NCBI GenBank assembly: GCA_964568535.1
Contig: CAZMPQ010000002.1
Span: 1-47,466 of the forward strand
Direction: 5' to 3'
Source of the DNA: an uncultured Candidatus Saccharibacteria bacterium
GTDB taxonomy: Bacteria > Patescibacteriota > Minisyncoccia > UBA6257 > 2-01-FULL-56-20
Length of the DNA stretch: 47,466 nucleotides
The notes below the pieces were generated by a model. It saw only the letters and a program-made list of their open reading frames with translations. It searched no databases and was not told the DNA's origin. The position numbers and the translations under genes were made by a program. Positions within the stretch are counted from its first letter, which is position 1, and the number at the start of each line of letters is the position of its first letter. Shown here one piece after another: positions 34,431 through 42,919 of the stretch.

Positions 34431-34706
34431 CTTGGTAAGAACCGACGTCGCCCCGCCCTGAGCAGCGGGGCGCGTCTGCATCTCGGCTCGCGCCGTTTGT
34501 ATGCCGGGGGAGCGATATCAATGTGGCGCTCGCTTCCGATAGTCCCGCAACGCTTCACGAGCCCGCAGGGCGAGTGGTAGCGTTGGCGCGATCCCGCACA
34601 TCTCCGCATACAACCTTATCCCGGCTTCATCGTGAAGCGAACGGGATCAACGCACATCTACCCTCGGACTTCGTCCTGCGGAGATGTGCGGGACTTCTTG
34701 CAAGGC
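34431..34706 (+). ncRNA. candidate structured 3'-trailer element X3 (looser relative of X1/X2)
   Basis: CTTGGTAAGAA / TTCTTGCAAGG closing helix. AGAACCGACGTCGCC resembles the X1 5' block. Internal 16-bp perfect helix 34593-34608 / 34677-34692. Confidence 0.3.
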
Positions 34707-34867
34707 GCATTTTTCGCTTTTGTGAAGCCGGGCAGAGATATTGACAAAAAATGCTAGTTATTCTACCATCCTCGTGACGTAGCGTACCCGGCCGCTTCCT
34801 GCAGACACGAAGCGCGAAAGGGGCCGCGCTTCGTGTTCCTTACGACTAGCCCCAAAAGGACGGGTGC

Positions 34868-35263
34868 ATGAGGCGACTCCTCGTGTGCTTGCTGGTCCTG
34901 CTCGGACTGGCCCTCATTGCGGATCTCCCCGCGACCGGGCCGCCGGCCGAGATGTCCAGCATGCAAACCATGGTGAACTTCGACCGGGCCTCGGCGACGA
35001 CTCCGGCCCTCGACACCCTCACGGCTCTCCTCGGCGACTGCGCCACCTCGGCGCCGCGCGTCGACGGGCTCGCGACGGTCGAGCGTCGGCACAACGGGAG
35101 CGGGCACGCTCGGGAGGTGGTGGCCATCCTGGCCCATCGGGCTGCGGGGCCATCCCCACGCACGATGAACGCCATCTACAACGGCCACGAGCTCCAGAGC
35201 GACCGCAACCTCCGGCGCCTCGGGCCGGCCCAGGCCGCGACCGCGATCGTGCTCCGCATCTAA
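34868..35263 (+). CDS. hypothetical secreted protein (131 aa) in a very GC-rich patch
   Basis: Signal-peptide-like MRRLLVCLLVLLGLALIADL. Several overlapping shadow ORFs on both strands make the frame choice uncertain. Confidence 0.4.
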   Translation: MRRLLVCLLVLLGLALIADLPATGPPAEMSSMQTMVNFDRASATTPALDTLTALLGDCATSAPRVDGLATVERRHNGSGHAREVVAILAHRAAGPSPRTMNAIYNGHELQSDRNLRRLGPAQAATAIVLRI

Positions 35264-35346
35264 TCGCGGAGCGCCACCAAGTCCTTCGGGCGTACCGGCC
35301 CGGCAGTGTGTGTCCCGCAAGGGAACCTGCCGGGCCGTTCTCTTTT

Positions 35347-35375
35347 TTGCAAACCATCCGCACTTTCCGTATGAT
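35347..35375 (+). promoter_or_regulatory. candidate promoter of tRNA-Val (TTGCAA-17nt-TATGAT)
   Basis: The -10 box ends 8 nt before the mature tRNA 5' end. Confidence 0.6.
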
Positions 35376-35383
35376 AATTCCGC

Positions 35384-35457
35384 GCGCGCATAGCTCAGCT
35401 GGTTAGAGCGTTGCATTCACATTGCAAAGGTCCCTGGTTCGAGTCCAGGTGCGCGCA
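35384..35457 (+). tRNA. tRNA-Val (anticodon CAC)
   Basis: GCGCGCA/TGCGCGC acceptor, TTGCA-TTCACAT-TGCAA anticodon arm, CCTGG-TTCGAGT-CCAGG T-arm. Confidence 0.9.
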
Positions 35458-35471
35458 CACGAAAAACAAAA

Positions 35472-35510
35472 CGATCCTACCCTCGCGGTAGGATCGATTT
35501 GCTTTTGCGC
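35472..35510 (+). terminator. terminator after tRNA-Val
   Basis: CGATCCTACC ctcgc GGTAGGATCG ATTTGCTTTT. Confidence 0.65.
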
Positions 35511-35512
35511 AC

Positions 35513-35656
35513 GGGGATTCGAACAGCGGAGGGGGTCGGGGAACCGCGACCGGTTCCCTGTGTAGGAATGAGCGAAGCGGACTCAAAACCGAGGGTTTTG
35601 AGAGAGTGGCTTGCTGAGTAGCGAGCCATGACGTTCGATTCCTCCAGGACGCACCC
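35513..35656 (+). ncRNA. tRNA-trailing structured element T2
   Basis: GGGGATTCGAAC...GGGGGTCGGGGAACC..GGTTCCC.. hairpins ..TGACGTTCGATTCCTCCAGGACGCACC. Same block order as T1/T3. Confidence 0.45.
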
Positions 35657-35668
35657 TGGTTTGCTACA

Positions 35669-36493
35669 ATGGACACCATGAGACGTGTTTTTTTGTTCGC
35701 TGGTTTTGCGTTATTCAGCGTTCTTTCGCTTGCGCTCGCCGCGCCGCGTGGCGTGACGCAGCCGACGGCAAAAACCTTGCCCGCCGACGCGCCTGCGCCG
35801 GCGTATGTCATCTTCCGCGGCGAGGTGGCAACGGGCGGCGGAGAAGCGGCGATGTGGTTCGAGTACGGCATAACGAGCTCGCTTGATGCAAAGACCGCAG
35901 AAGAGCGTTTACGCGTCAGTACGACGACCACACCGGTCTCGCTCGGTGTTTCGGTGGAAGGCGGCCGCACGTATTTCTATCGCGTGGTGGTAAAGAACGA
36001 AGCGGGCGTTGCGGAAGGGGAGGTGATGCAGATCACGGCGACAAGTCCGCCATCGCTCGTCATCGTTCCGGCGGAAACCACGACTCGCGTGGGCAGCCGA
36101 AAACAATTCCGCGCGCTCTACGATGCGGATGGCGCAGGCGTTGGCGGAACGGTCGATGTGACGGAGCGCGCCACGTGGATATCGGCGAACGTGCCCGTTG
36201 CAGCGCACGAACTCGGTGGCAGGTTTTTCGGGAAAGCGGTAGGGAAAACGACGGTGCGGGCGCTCTATAACCCCGACGGGCCGGTCGCAAGCTTATCGGA
36301 TGTGCGGAACGTCGCAGCGAGCGCCGAGCTCACGGTTGAAGCGGTGCCGCTCAACACGTCGGAGCAGGAAGAGAATGACAGCGGTGGGTTGGGCAACATC
36401 CCGTTCGCCGTGCTGATAGGCATTCTGGGCACCCTCGCCTTCGCGGCGCTCGTGGTGACCGTGGTGCATTTTGCGAAACGGTTCCGCGGGTGA
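35669..36493 (+). CDS. surface protein with Big_2-like Ig domain and C-terminal TM anchor
   Basis: Signal peptide; ...VGSRKQFRALYDADG...VTERATWISANVPVA...GKAVGKTTVRALY... resembles bacterial Ig-like group 2. Hydrophobic C-terminus. An alternative start exists at 35678. Confidence 0.75.
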   Translation: MDTMRRVFLFAGFALFSVLSLALAAPRGVTQPTAKTLPADAPAPAYVIFRGEVATGGGEAAMWFEYGITSSLDAKTAEERLRVSTTTTPVSLGVSVEGGRTYFYRVVVKNEAGVAEGEVMQITATSPPSLVIVPAETTTRVGSRKQFRALYDADGAGVGGTVDVTERATWISANVPVAAHELGGRFFGKAVGKTTVRALYNPDGPVASLSDVRNVAASAELTVEAVPLNTSEQEENDSGGLGNIPFAVLIGILGTLAFAALVVTVVHFAKRFRG

Positions 36494-36506
36494 TACTATC
36501 GCCCGT

Positions 36507-37487
36507 ATGAAAAAGAAGCGCGTGGTCGTTATCGGCGGCGGAACGGGGACGTTCACCGTGCTTTCCGGCCTTCGAAACTATCCCCTGGACCTCTCGGCTA
36601 TCGTCACGATGGCGGACGACGGTGGTTCCACAGGCGTCCTGCGCGATGAGTTGGGCGTCCTGCCGCCCGGCGACGTGCGGCAATGTCTCGTTGCGCTCGC
36701 GCGATCACCGCGCTATGTGCGCCAGCTCATGAACTATCGCTTCACCCAAGGAGCATTAAAGGGCCACAACTTTGGCAACCTCTTTCTCTCGGCGCTCGAA
36801 AAAATGACCGGCAGTTTTGATCAGGCGGTAGAAATGGCAGGGGACATCTTGCAGACCGAAGGCCGCGTCATCCCATCCACACTGAAACAAGTACAGCTTG
36901 TTGCGAAACTCAAAAATGGCAAGCAAGTTCGCGGCGAGGAACAGATATACCATGCAAACCTCGCGAACCTGAAAACGATGAAACTTGAGCCGCATGCCGC
37001 GGCGAACCCGAAAGCGCTTGCGGCGATCCGCGCGGCGGACGCCGTCGTTATCGGCCCCGGCGATTTTTATCGGAGCCTGATGCCGAACTTGCTCGTCTCC
37101 GGAATTCCGGCAGCGCTTCGCAAGAGCCGCGCGGTGAAAATATATGTATGCAATCTCATGACGAAGGCGGAGCACACGCGGAATTTCACAGTGGAGGATT
37201 ATGTGCGGACGATGGAATCGTATCTCGGCGGGAAGTTCAATCATGTCGTATGGAACACGAAGCGACCATCGCCGCTTGCGATGAAGCGCTACGCACGCCA
37301 CGGCGAAGCGTTCGTGGAGCTCGGCGAGAAGCTTCTTGGGCGTACATATGTCGGTGCGGATCTCTTGAGCCGCCGCGCAGTGAAAGTTTTGAAGCACGAC
37401 CCGATCGCCGGCCAACGGACGCTGATCCGCCACGACCCAGACCGCCTTGCGAAGCTCATCTTTGGCATCGTCTGGCAGGAGACGTGA
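36507..37487 (+). CDS. yvcK: YvcK/CofD-family gluconeogenesis factor (UPF0052)
   Basis: MKKKRVVVIGGGTGTFTVLSGLR...VTMADDGGSTG... Confidence 0.88.
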   Translation: MKKKRVVVIGGGTGTFTVLSGLRNYPLDLSAIVTMADDGGSTGVLRDELGVLPPGDVRQCLVALARSPRYVRQLMNYRFTQGALKGHNFGNLFLSALEKMTGSFDQAVEMAGDILQTEGRVIPSTLKQVQLVAKLKNGKQVRGEEQIYHANLANLKTMKLEPHAAANPKALAAIRAADAVVIGPGDFYRSLMPNLLVSGIPAALRKSRAVKIYVCNLMTKAEHTRNFTVEDYVRTMESYLGGKFNHVVWNTKRPSPLAMKRYARHGEAFVELGEKLLGRTYVGADLLSRRAVKVLKHDPIAGQRTLIRHDPDRLAKLIFGIVWQET

Positions 37488-37539
37488 CCCGCGTTTTTCT
37501 TGACCCGCTCCAGCCGCGAAAATACTTCTCGCTCGGCTT

Positions 37540-37607
37540 GGTTTTTTGAACGACCGGAACGGTTCCCGTCGCACCCCCCGACCATTCCGTTCGTGCGTCA
37601 AAAAACC
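37540..37607. terminator. long imperfect palindrome (GGTTTTTTGA...TCAAAAAACC), probable yvcK terminator
   Basis: 10-bp perfect outer stem at 37540-37549 / 37598-37607, with further inner pairing. Confidence 0.4.
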
Positions 37608-37802
37608 TGCGCCTCGCTCGCGTATTTTATCGCGGCTTCCGCTTATGGCCGGGAAAAACGCGTGTCACGCCTTGGTGAGGCCAGGTTTTTCACAGATTAT
37701 CTGTACGCCATTGCACAAGCTGTGCATATCTTTGCAGCGTATAGCTCATACAGGCCAGTAAAATAAGGGCTTTTCAGGCATTCCCAGAGTGGGGGAATGC
37801 CT

Positions 37803-37830
37803 TTGACTTCAATGGCCATTGCTTTAGTAT
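37803..37830 (+). promoter_or_regulatory. candidate Pmra promoter (TTGACT-16nt-TAGTAT)
   Basis: Hexamers at 37803-37808 and 37825-37830, about 280 nt upstream of mraZ. Confidence 0.5.
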
Positions 37831-37840
37831 AGATATCGAA

Positions 37841-37866
37841 GTGGTGAATTGTGGGTAATTTTGGGG
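37841..37866 (+). promoter_or_regulatory. putative MraZ operator: three direct GTGGT/GTGGG/TTGGGG repeats at exact 10-bp spacing
   Basis: GTGGTgaattGTGGGtaattTTGGGG lies immediately downstream of the -10 box. Confidence 0.55.
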
Positions 37867-38110
37867 ATAACACCACTTCGGGACGATTTGGGGATACGGT
37901 TCATTGATTCTGGAAAACCGCTTTATCTGGAGGCATGTGCCGAATATGCGTCCGCTGCGCGCGTCCGAATAGGAGCCGGGCACGCGCTTATAGGGAAACA
38001 TTCGCGCGGTTTTCCAGGATCATGAGCTTGTCTCTGCATGCGCAGAGCAACCAAAAATGTCCGCCTGATGCTCATGTCCCGCGGGAGTACAACTCATTTT
38101 TCTTTCCACC

Positions 38111-38542
38111 ATGTTTCTGGGGGAATACACCCATTCCATAGACGTAAAAGGTCGGGTAGCAGTACCGGCAAAGTTCCGCGACAAGCTCACGGCCGGCGCT
38201 ATCATCACGCGGGGACTTGATCAGTGCCTCTTTATCTTCACGGCGACCGAATGGGAAGCGCTCGCGCAGAAGCTCATCGCATTGCCGCTTGCGCAAGCGA
38301 ACTCTCGCGCATTCGTCCGGCTCATGATGGCCGGCGCCGCGAATGTTGATGTTGACGCGCAGGGGCGCATCCTTGTTCCTGAATATCTGCGGAACTACGC
38401 GCATTTAAAAAAGGAGGCGGTGCTGACCGGCCTCTACAATCGGATAGAAGTATGGGATCGCGAGTCGTGGGAGCGCTACAAACAGCGGACAGAAGGCGCC
38501 TCCGACGAGATCGCGGAGAAGCTGTCGGAGCTCGGAATCTAG
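38111..38542 (+). CDS. mraZ: transcriptional regulator MraZ
   Basis: MFLGEYTHSIDVKGRVAVPAKFR... and a second half ...DAQGRILVPEYLR... Confidence 0.96.
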   Translation: MFLGEYTHSIDVKGRVAVPAKFRDKLTAGAIITRGLDQCLFIFTATEWEALAQKLIALPLAQANSRAFVRLMMAGAANVDVDAQGRILVPEYLRNYAHLKKEAVLTGLYNRIEVWDRESWERYKQRTEGASDEIAEKLSELGI

Positions 38543-38544
38543 TT

Positions 38545-38611
38545 CATGGAATGTGAAACATGAAGCATGAAGCAGAAGACGGTGTTTCAGGTTTCAAGTT
38601 TCATGATTCAG
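38545..38611 (+). repeat. heptad-periodic inverted repeat, site F: (CATGRAR)n ... (GTTTCAR)n, spanning the rsmH start codon
   Basis: Left arm 38545-38579, right arm 38584-38611. 38560-38580 pairs with 38584-38604 (17 of 21 positions, including G-U). Confidence 0.85.
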
Positions 38612-39492
38612 GACATATTCCGGTTCTCCTCGAAGAAGTTCTTTTATATCTTGACCCTCGACCAGGCGCGTTCGTCGTGGACGGGACGTTGGACGGCGGG
38701 GGACACGCAGCGGAAGTTCTGAAACGGCTTGCGCCGAAGGGGACGTTTCTCGGTATTGACCTCGACCCGGACATGCCGGAACGTTTTGCGGAGCGAGCGC
38801 ATCCGAAAGGCATCCGTGTGCATGTCGCGCAGGGAAACTACGCCGACTGCGCCGCGCTCATCGCGGAGCGGAACTTGCCGAAAGCGGACGGCCTTCTCGT
38901 GGACCTTGGGTTCTCATCGGAGCAGATGGATGCCTCGGGTAGGGGATTCAGCTTTCTGCGCGACGAGCCGCTCCTCATGACCTATGACCCCGAGGCGATC
39001 CCGCTCTCTGCGTTGCTCGTTCGCGTTACCGAAGGAGAGCTTGCGAACATCATCCGTGAATTCGGCGGTGAACGGATGGCCGGCCGTGTTGCCCACGCTA
39101 TCGTAGAGCGCCGGCGCAAACAGCCCATCCGGACGAGCGGCGATCTGGCGGACATCATCCGGAACGCGTTGCCAAGAGGTTACGAGCGCGGACGAATAGA
39201 CCCCGCGACGCGAACCTTCCAGGCACTGCGCATCTGGGCGAACGGCGAATTGGGGAATCTCTCGCGGCTCCTTGCTGCGCTCCCCGATATCCTTGCTCCT
39301 CGCGGCCGTGCAGTCATGATCAGTTTTCATTCTGCGGAAGACCGGCTCGTAAAGATTGCGTTTGCCGAAGGAAAGAAAGCAGGCCGTTATGAACTTCTGA
39401 CAAAAAAACCTATCACACCATCTCCTGAAGAGCTATCACAAAATCCCCGCAGCCGCTCCGCAAAACTCCGCGCTATAACTTTTCTCAAATAG
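38560..39492 (+). CDS. rsmH: 16S rRNA (cytosine1402-N4)-methyltransferase
   Basis: ...HIPVLLEEVL...VDGTLDGGGH...DLGFSS...; second gene of the dcw cluster. Confidence 0.94.
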   Translation: MKHEAEDGVSGFKFHDSGHIPVLLEEVLLYLDPRPGAFVVDGTLDGGGHAAEVLKRLAPKGTFLGIDLDPDMPERFAERAHPKGIRVHVAQGNYADCAALIAERNLPKADGLLVDLGFSSEQMDASGRGFSFLRDEPLLMTYDPEAIPLSALLVRVTEGELANIIREFGGERMAGRVAHAIVERRRKQPIRTSGDLADIIRNALPRGYERGRIDPATRTFQALRIWANGELGNLSRLLAALPDILAPRGRAVMISFHSAEDRLVKIAFAEGKKAGRYELLTKKPITPSPEELSQNPRSRSAKLRAITFLK

Positions 39493-39497
39493 ACTTC

Positions 39498-39525
39498 CTG
39501 ACACGTGACACTTGATACCTGACAC
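39498..39525 (+). repeat. heptad repeat site E: CTGACAC GTGACAC TTGATAC CTGACAC
   Basis: Ends 6 nt before the ATG at 39532. Confidence 0.9.
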
Positions 39526-39531
39526 ATTCTT

Positions 39532-39852
39532 ATGACCATTATCACTCCTACATCCCGAACATCGTTCGTGCTCCGCTACATGCTGGCGATACTGGTATTT
39601 TTGCTCATCGCATCTGGCGTGATGCTCGTCTTTTTATACAATCGCGCGGTGAATTGGGAGCAGGCCGTGCGGGTGTCGATCGCCGAGACGAAACACATGC
39701 AAACGGAGAACGCAGAATTACAGGACCGCGTGTTCGCGCTCTTTACGACCGCGCGCGTGGAATCGCTTGCCGCCGAGTTCGGTCTCGTGAAGGACAAGTC
39801 GCCCCGATATTTGGAAATTCCACACGGATGGTTTCTCGCTTCTCAATACTAG
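39532..39852 (+). CDS. ftsL: FtsL-like cell division protein
   Basis: 106 aa, single TM followed by a coiled-coil-like segment, in dcw position between rsmH and the PBP gene. Confidence 0.65.
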   Translation: MTIITPTSRTSFVLRYMLAILVFLLIASGVMLVFLYNRAVNWEQAVRVSIAETKHMQTENAELQDRVFALFTTARVESLAAEFGLVKDKSPRYLEIPHGWFLASQY

Positions 39853-41453
39853 CCTTCTTCATCTCGGCGGCGTACGCGGCGCTCTTCGGGCGTCTCTACT
39901 ACCTGCAGGTCATGCAGGGTTCTTTTTATTTTGAGCGGGCGCAAGCCGACGTTCCGGGCGTCGTGCTCGCGGATCGCGGCATCATTTTCTTTACCGACAA
40001 GAACGGCAAGACGCTATCGGCGGCGACGAACAAGGAGTTCCCGACGGTCTATGCGACGCCGAACACCGTTTCCGACGCGCAGGAGACCGCGCATGCGGTC
40101 GCGCCACTTTTAAACCTCGCCATTCCCGATGTCGTGAAACAATTGAGCAAGCCGGACGACCAGTACGAGCTCCTCGGCAGAAAAGTGCCGCGCGATGCCG
40201 CCGATGCGGTCGATGCATTAGACCTCAAAGGCATCTACGTGCGTTCGCTGCCGGAGCGATACTATTCGCAGGGCCGGCTCGCAGCGCAGGTTGTGGGGTA
40301 TGTTGGGCCAAGCGATACGGATGGTGGCCTTGCGGGAAAGTATGGTGTGGAGCGGTTCTATAACGAGCAACTTGCGGGAAGCCCCGGCATGAAAGAGGAT
40401 GGCGTCATCACGCCGGCGACTCCCGGCAAGGACCTGACATTGACACTCGATCCGACCATTCAGGTGGAAGCAGAGCGCATCTTGCAGAACGCCGTGGAGA
40501 AACATGGCGCGGTCGCGGGGAGTGTCATTGTGCAGGAGCCAGTGACAGGACGAATTCTCGCGATGGGCAGCTGGCCGAATTTCGATCCGAACGAGTATCA
40601 GGAAGCGGACATCTCGGACTTTCTGAACCCGACGGTGCAGAGCCGGTACGAGCCGGGGTCCGTTATGAAGGTCATTACCATGGCCGCCGGCATTGATGCG
40701 GGAAAGATAACGCCGCAGACGACCTATAACGACACCGGAGTGCTCATGGTGAGCGGCAGGAAGATACAGAACTGGGACTTGAAGGCGCACGGCGTGGTTA
40801 CGATGACGAACGTAATAGAAAAGTCCTTGAACACCGGTGCAGCGTTCGCGGAACGCCAAACGGGCCACGACACGTTCCTGCAATATCTCCGCCGGTTCGG
40901 TTTTAGTGAACAAACGGGCGTGGATCTGCCGGGCGAGCTGAAAGGCGACCTGGGGCGGCTCACCGAACGCGGCGCACCTGCGGTCGCGTTCGCAACAGCT
41001 TCGTACGGCCAAGGCGTCGCGGTGACGCCGCTTGAAATGCTGAACGCCATCGCCGCTATCGCGAACGGGGGCATCTTGATGCGTCCATACGTGAACGCAG
41101 AGCTCGGTCCGCAGGAGCTCCGCCGCGTTATTTCGCCGGAAGCTGCGAAGCAGGTGACGGAGATGATGATATCCGCCGTGGACAAGGCAGAGGTCGCGGC
41201 GATATCGGGATACACCGTTGCCGGCAAAACCGGCACCGCACAGATACCGGGCCGCGGCGGATATACCGACGAGGTCATTCATACGTATATCGGTTTCGGC
41301 CCTACAGAACATCCGCGGTTCGCCATTCTCCTCAAGTTGGACAAACCGGCGGGCGCGCCGCTTGCAGGCACGACCGTCGTGCCGGCGTTCCGCGATCTCG
41401 CACAGTTCATTCTCGGGTATCTGAACATTGCGCCCGACCGGCTCGCGAAATAA
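39828..41453 (+). CDS. ftsI: penicillin-binding protein 2/3 family transpeptidase (FtsI-like)
   Basis: N-terminal TM, then SVMK (SxxK), SLN (SxN) and KTGT motifs. Start taken at MVSRFSIL..., overlapping the ftsL end. Confidence 0.85.
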   Translation: MVSRFSILAFFISAAYAALFGRLYYLQVMQGSFYFERAQADVPGVVLADRGIIFFTDKNGKTLSAATNKEFPTVYATPNTVSDAQETAHAVAPLLNLAIPDVVKQLSKPDDQYELLGRKVPRDAADAVDALDLKGIYVRSLPERYYSQGRLAAQVVGYVGPSDTDGGLAGKYGVERFYNEQLAGSPGMKEDGVITPATPGKDLTLTLDPTIQVEAERILQNAVEKHGAVAGSVIVQEPVTGRILAMGSWPNFDPNEYQEADISDFLNPTVQSRYEPGSVMKVITMAAGIDAGKITPQTTYNDTGVLMVSGRKIQNWDLKAHGVVTMTNVIEKSLNTGAAFAERQTGHDTFLQYLRRFGFSEQTGVDLPGELKGDLGRLTERGAPAVAFATASYGQGVAVTPLEMLNAIAAIANGGILMRPYVNAELGPQELRRVISPEAAKQVTEMMISAVDKAEVAAISGYTVAGKTGTAQIPGRGGYTDEVIHTYIGFGPTEHPRFAILLKLDKPAGAPLAGTTVVPAFRDLAQFILGYLNIAPDRLAK

Positions 41454-41478
41454 CAGACGTTCAGTTACTCTGCGTACT

Positions 41479-42747
41479 ATGACGACCCTTATCGTCGGGA
41501 TGTTGATGAAGGACCAAGCGGTGCTTGTTGTCCGCTGGCTCCTGAAGCATCTGGCCAAAGCGACCATCTGGCGCTATCGGCCGGGCATCATTGCGGTTAC
41601 GGGAAGTGTGGGAAAGACGTCAACGAAATACGCCATCGGTGCGGTGCTTGCGGCGGACCGCACCGTGCGCATCTCGCGCGGCAATTTCAATAACGAACTC
41701 GGCGTCTCGCTCGGTGTTTTGGGCGATTGGGGGAAGATAGCGGGATTGTTCTTCTGGCCGAAGGTCATCCTTGCCGGACTGTGGCGGCTCGTCGTGAAGA
41801 GCGATTATCCAGAACTCTTGATCCTTGAGTACGGCATCGACCGGCCGGGCGATATGAAGCGGCTTATCGGCATCGCAGAGCCGAACGTGAGCATCGTGAC
41901 CGCCATCGGGGACGTTCCCGCGCATGTGGAATTCTTTGAATCGCCGGAACAAGTGGCGCGCGAAAAGGCGCGCATCATCGAATGCCTGGAGCCGGCGAGT
42001 TTCGCGGTGCTCAATGGGGACAGCCCCGCCGCGCTTGATCTGCGGGAGCGGACGCGTGCGCGTGTCGTGACCTACGGGTTTGGCGCCGAGAATGATGTGC
42101 GCGTCACGGATTTTGAGAATCGCGTGGCGGACGGGCGGCCCATGGGCATTTCGTTCCGCATCGGCTATGCGGGGAACACGGTGCTCGTGGAGCTGGATGG
42201 CGTCTTTGGTCGCGCACATGCCTATGCCGCCGCCGCGGGCGCGGCGATGGGACTCGTGTTCGCCATGCCGCTCGGGAAGATCGCGGAAGCGCTTCGTTCG
42301 TACGATCCGCCGGGAGGCCGTATGGAACTTATTTCGGGTCCGAACGATACGCTTTTCCTAAATGATGCTTACAATGCAAGTCCTCTTTCCATGCAAGAAG
42401 CGCTCGCGACGCTCAAAGGCCTGCCGGCGAAACGGCGCATCGCGGTCTTGGGTGATATGTTGGAGATCGGCGCGTATGCAATGGACGAACACCGCGCGAT
42501 CGGCGAGCGCGCGGCGAAGTCTGCGAACCTACTCCTCACGGTCGGCCCGCGTGCCAAGTTCATTGCCGAAGGCGCGCGGAAGGCCGGCCTGCGGAAGAAT
42601 TACATTTTTTCATACGATACTGCAGAGGAGGCCATTCCGAAGCTCTCGGGGCTTTTGAAGCCCGGCGACCTCGCGCTCTTCAAGGCATCGCACGCGGTCG
42701 GGTTGGAGAAACTGGTGGAGATATTTACGAAGAATGCCGCGGATTGA
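41479..42747 (+). CDS. murF: UDP-N-acetylmuramoyl-tripeptide--D-alanyl-D-alanine ligase
   Basis: ...IIAVTGSVGKTSTK... Mur ligase P-loop and domain order. Start moved to 41479. Confidence 0.88.
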   Translation: MTTLIVGMLMKDQAVLVVRWLLKHLAKATIWRYRPGIIAVTGSVGKTSTKYAIGAVLAADRTVRISRGNFNNELGVSLGVLGDWGKIAGLFFWPKVILAGLWRLVVKSDYPELLILEYGIDRPGDMKRLIGIAEPNVSIVTAIGDVPAHVEFFESPEQVAREKARIIECLEPASFAVLNGDSPAALDLRERTRARVVTYGFGAENDVRVTDFENRVADGRPMGISFRIGYAGNTVLVELDGVFGRAHAYAAAAGAAMGLVFAMPLGKIAEALRSYDPPGGRMELISGPNDTLFLNDAYNASPLSMQEALATLKGLPAKRRIAVLGDMLEIGAYAMDEHRAIGERAAKSANLLLTVGPRAKFIAEGARKAGLRKNYIFSYDTAEEAIPKLSGLLKPGDLALFKASHAVGLEKLVEIFTKNAAD

Positions 42748-42751
42748 GTTC

Positions 42752-42910
42752 TTGTAGCGCCAATGGGATTGAACGTCGCTCGTCGCTATACAGCAACTCG
42801 CTCCCACGAACCCAGCGGTTCGTGTGCTCCGCCACGGGAAACCTCTCCTTCGACCCCGAGCTCAGGACCGAGGGGCCGGTTTCCCGACCCCATCCCCGTT
42901 CGCATCCCGT
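42752..42910 (-). ncRNA. tRNA-trailing structured element T3
   Basis: The minus-strand reading shares GGGGTCGGGAAAC, TTTCCCGTGGCGGAG, GAACCGCTGGGTTC and CGACGTTCAATCC blocks with T1. The distal end TTGTAGCGCCAATGGGATTGAAC (42752-42774) repeats the tRNA-Glu 3' end (42955-42978). Confidence 0.5.
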
Positions 42911-42919
42911 CGGCGGCAA

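Noticed and set aside
34763-35416. The 217-aa minus-strand ORF and the 180-aa plus-strand ORF in the GC-rich patch
   Set aside because: Both run into or across the tRNA-Val gene and its promoter and have low-complexity translations. Only the signal-peptide-bearing 131-aa frame was kept, with low confidence.
37774-38001. Small ORFs in the 620-bp yvcK-mraZ spacer (37774-38001 minus, 37935-38141 plus)
   Set aside because: They have no ribosome-binding sites and overlap the predicted Pmra promoter and operator region. The region is better explained as a long regulatory 5' UTR.
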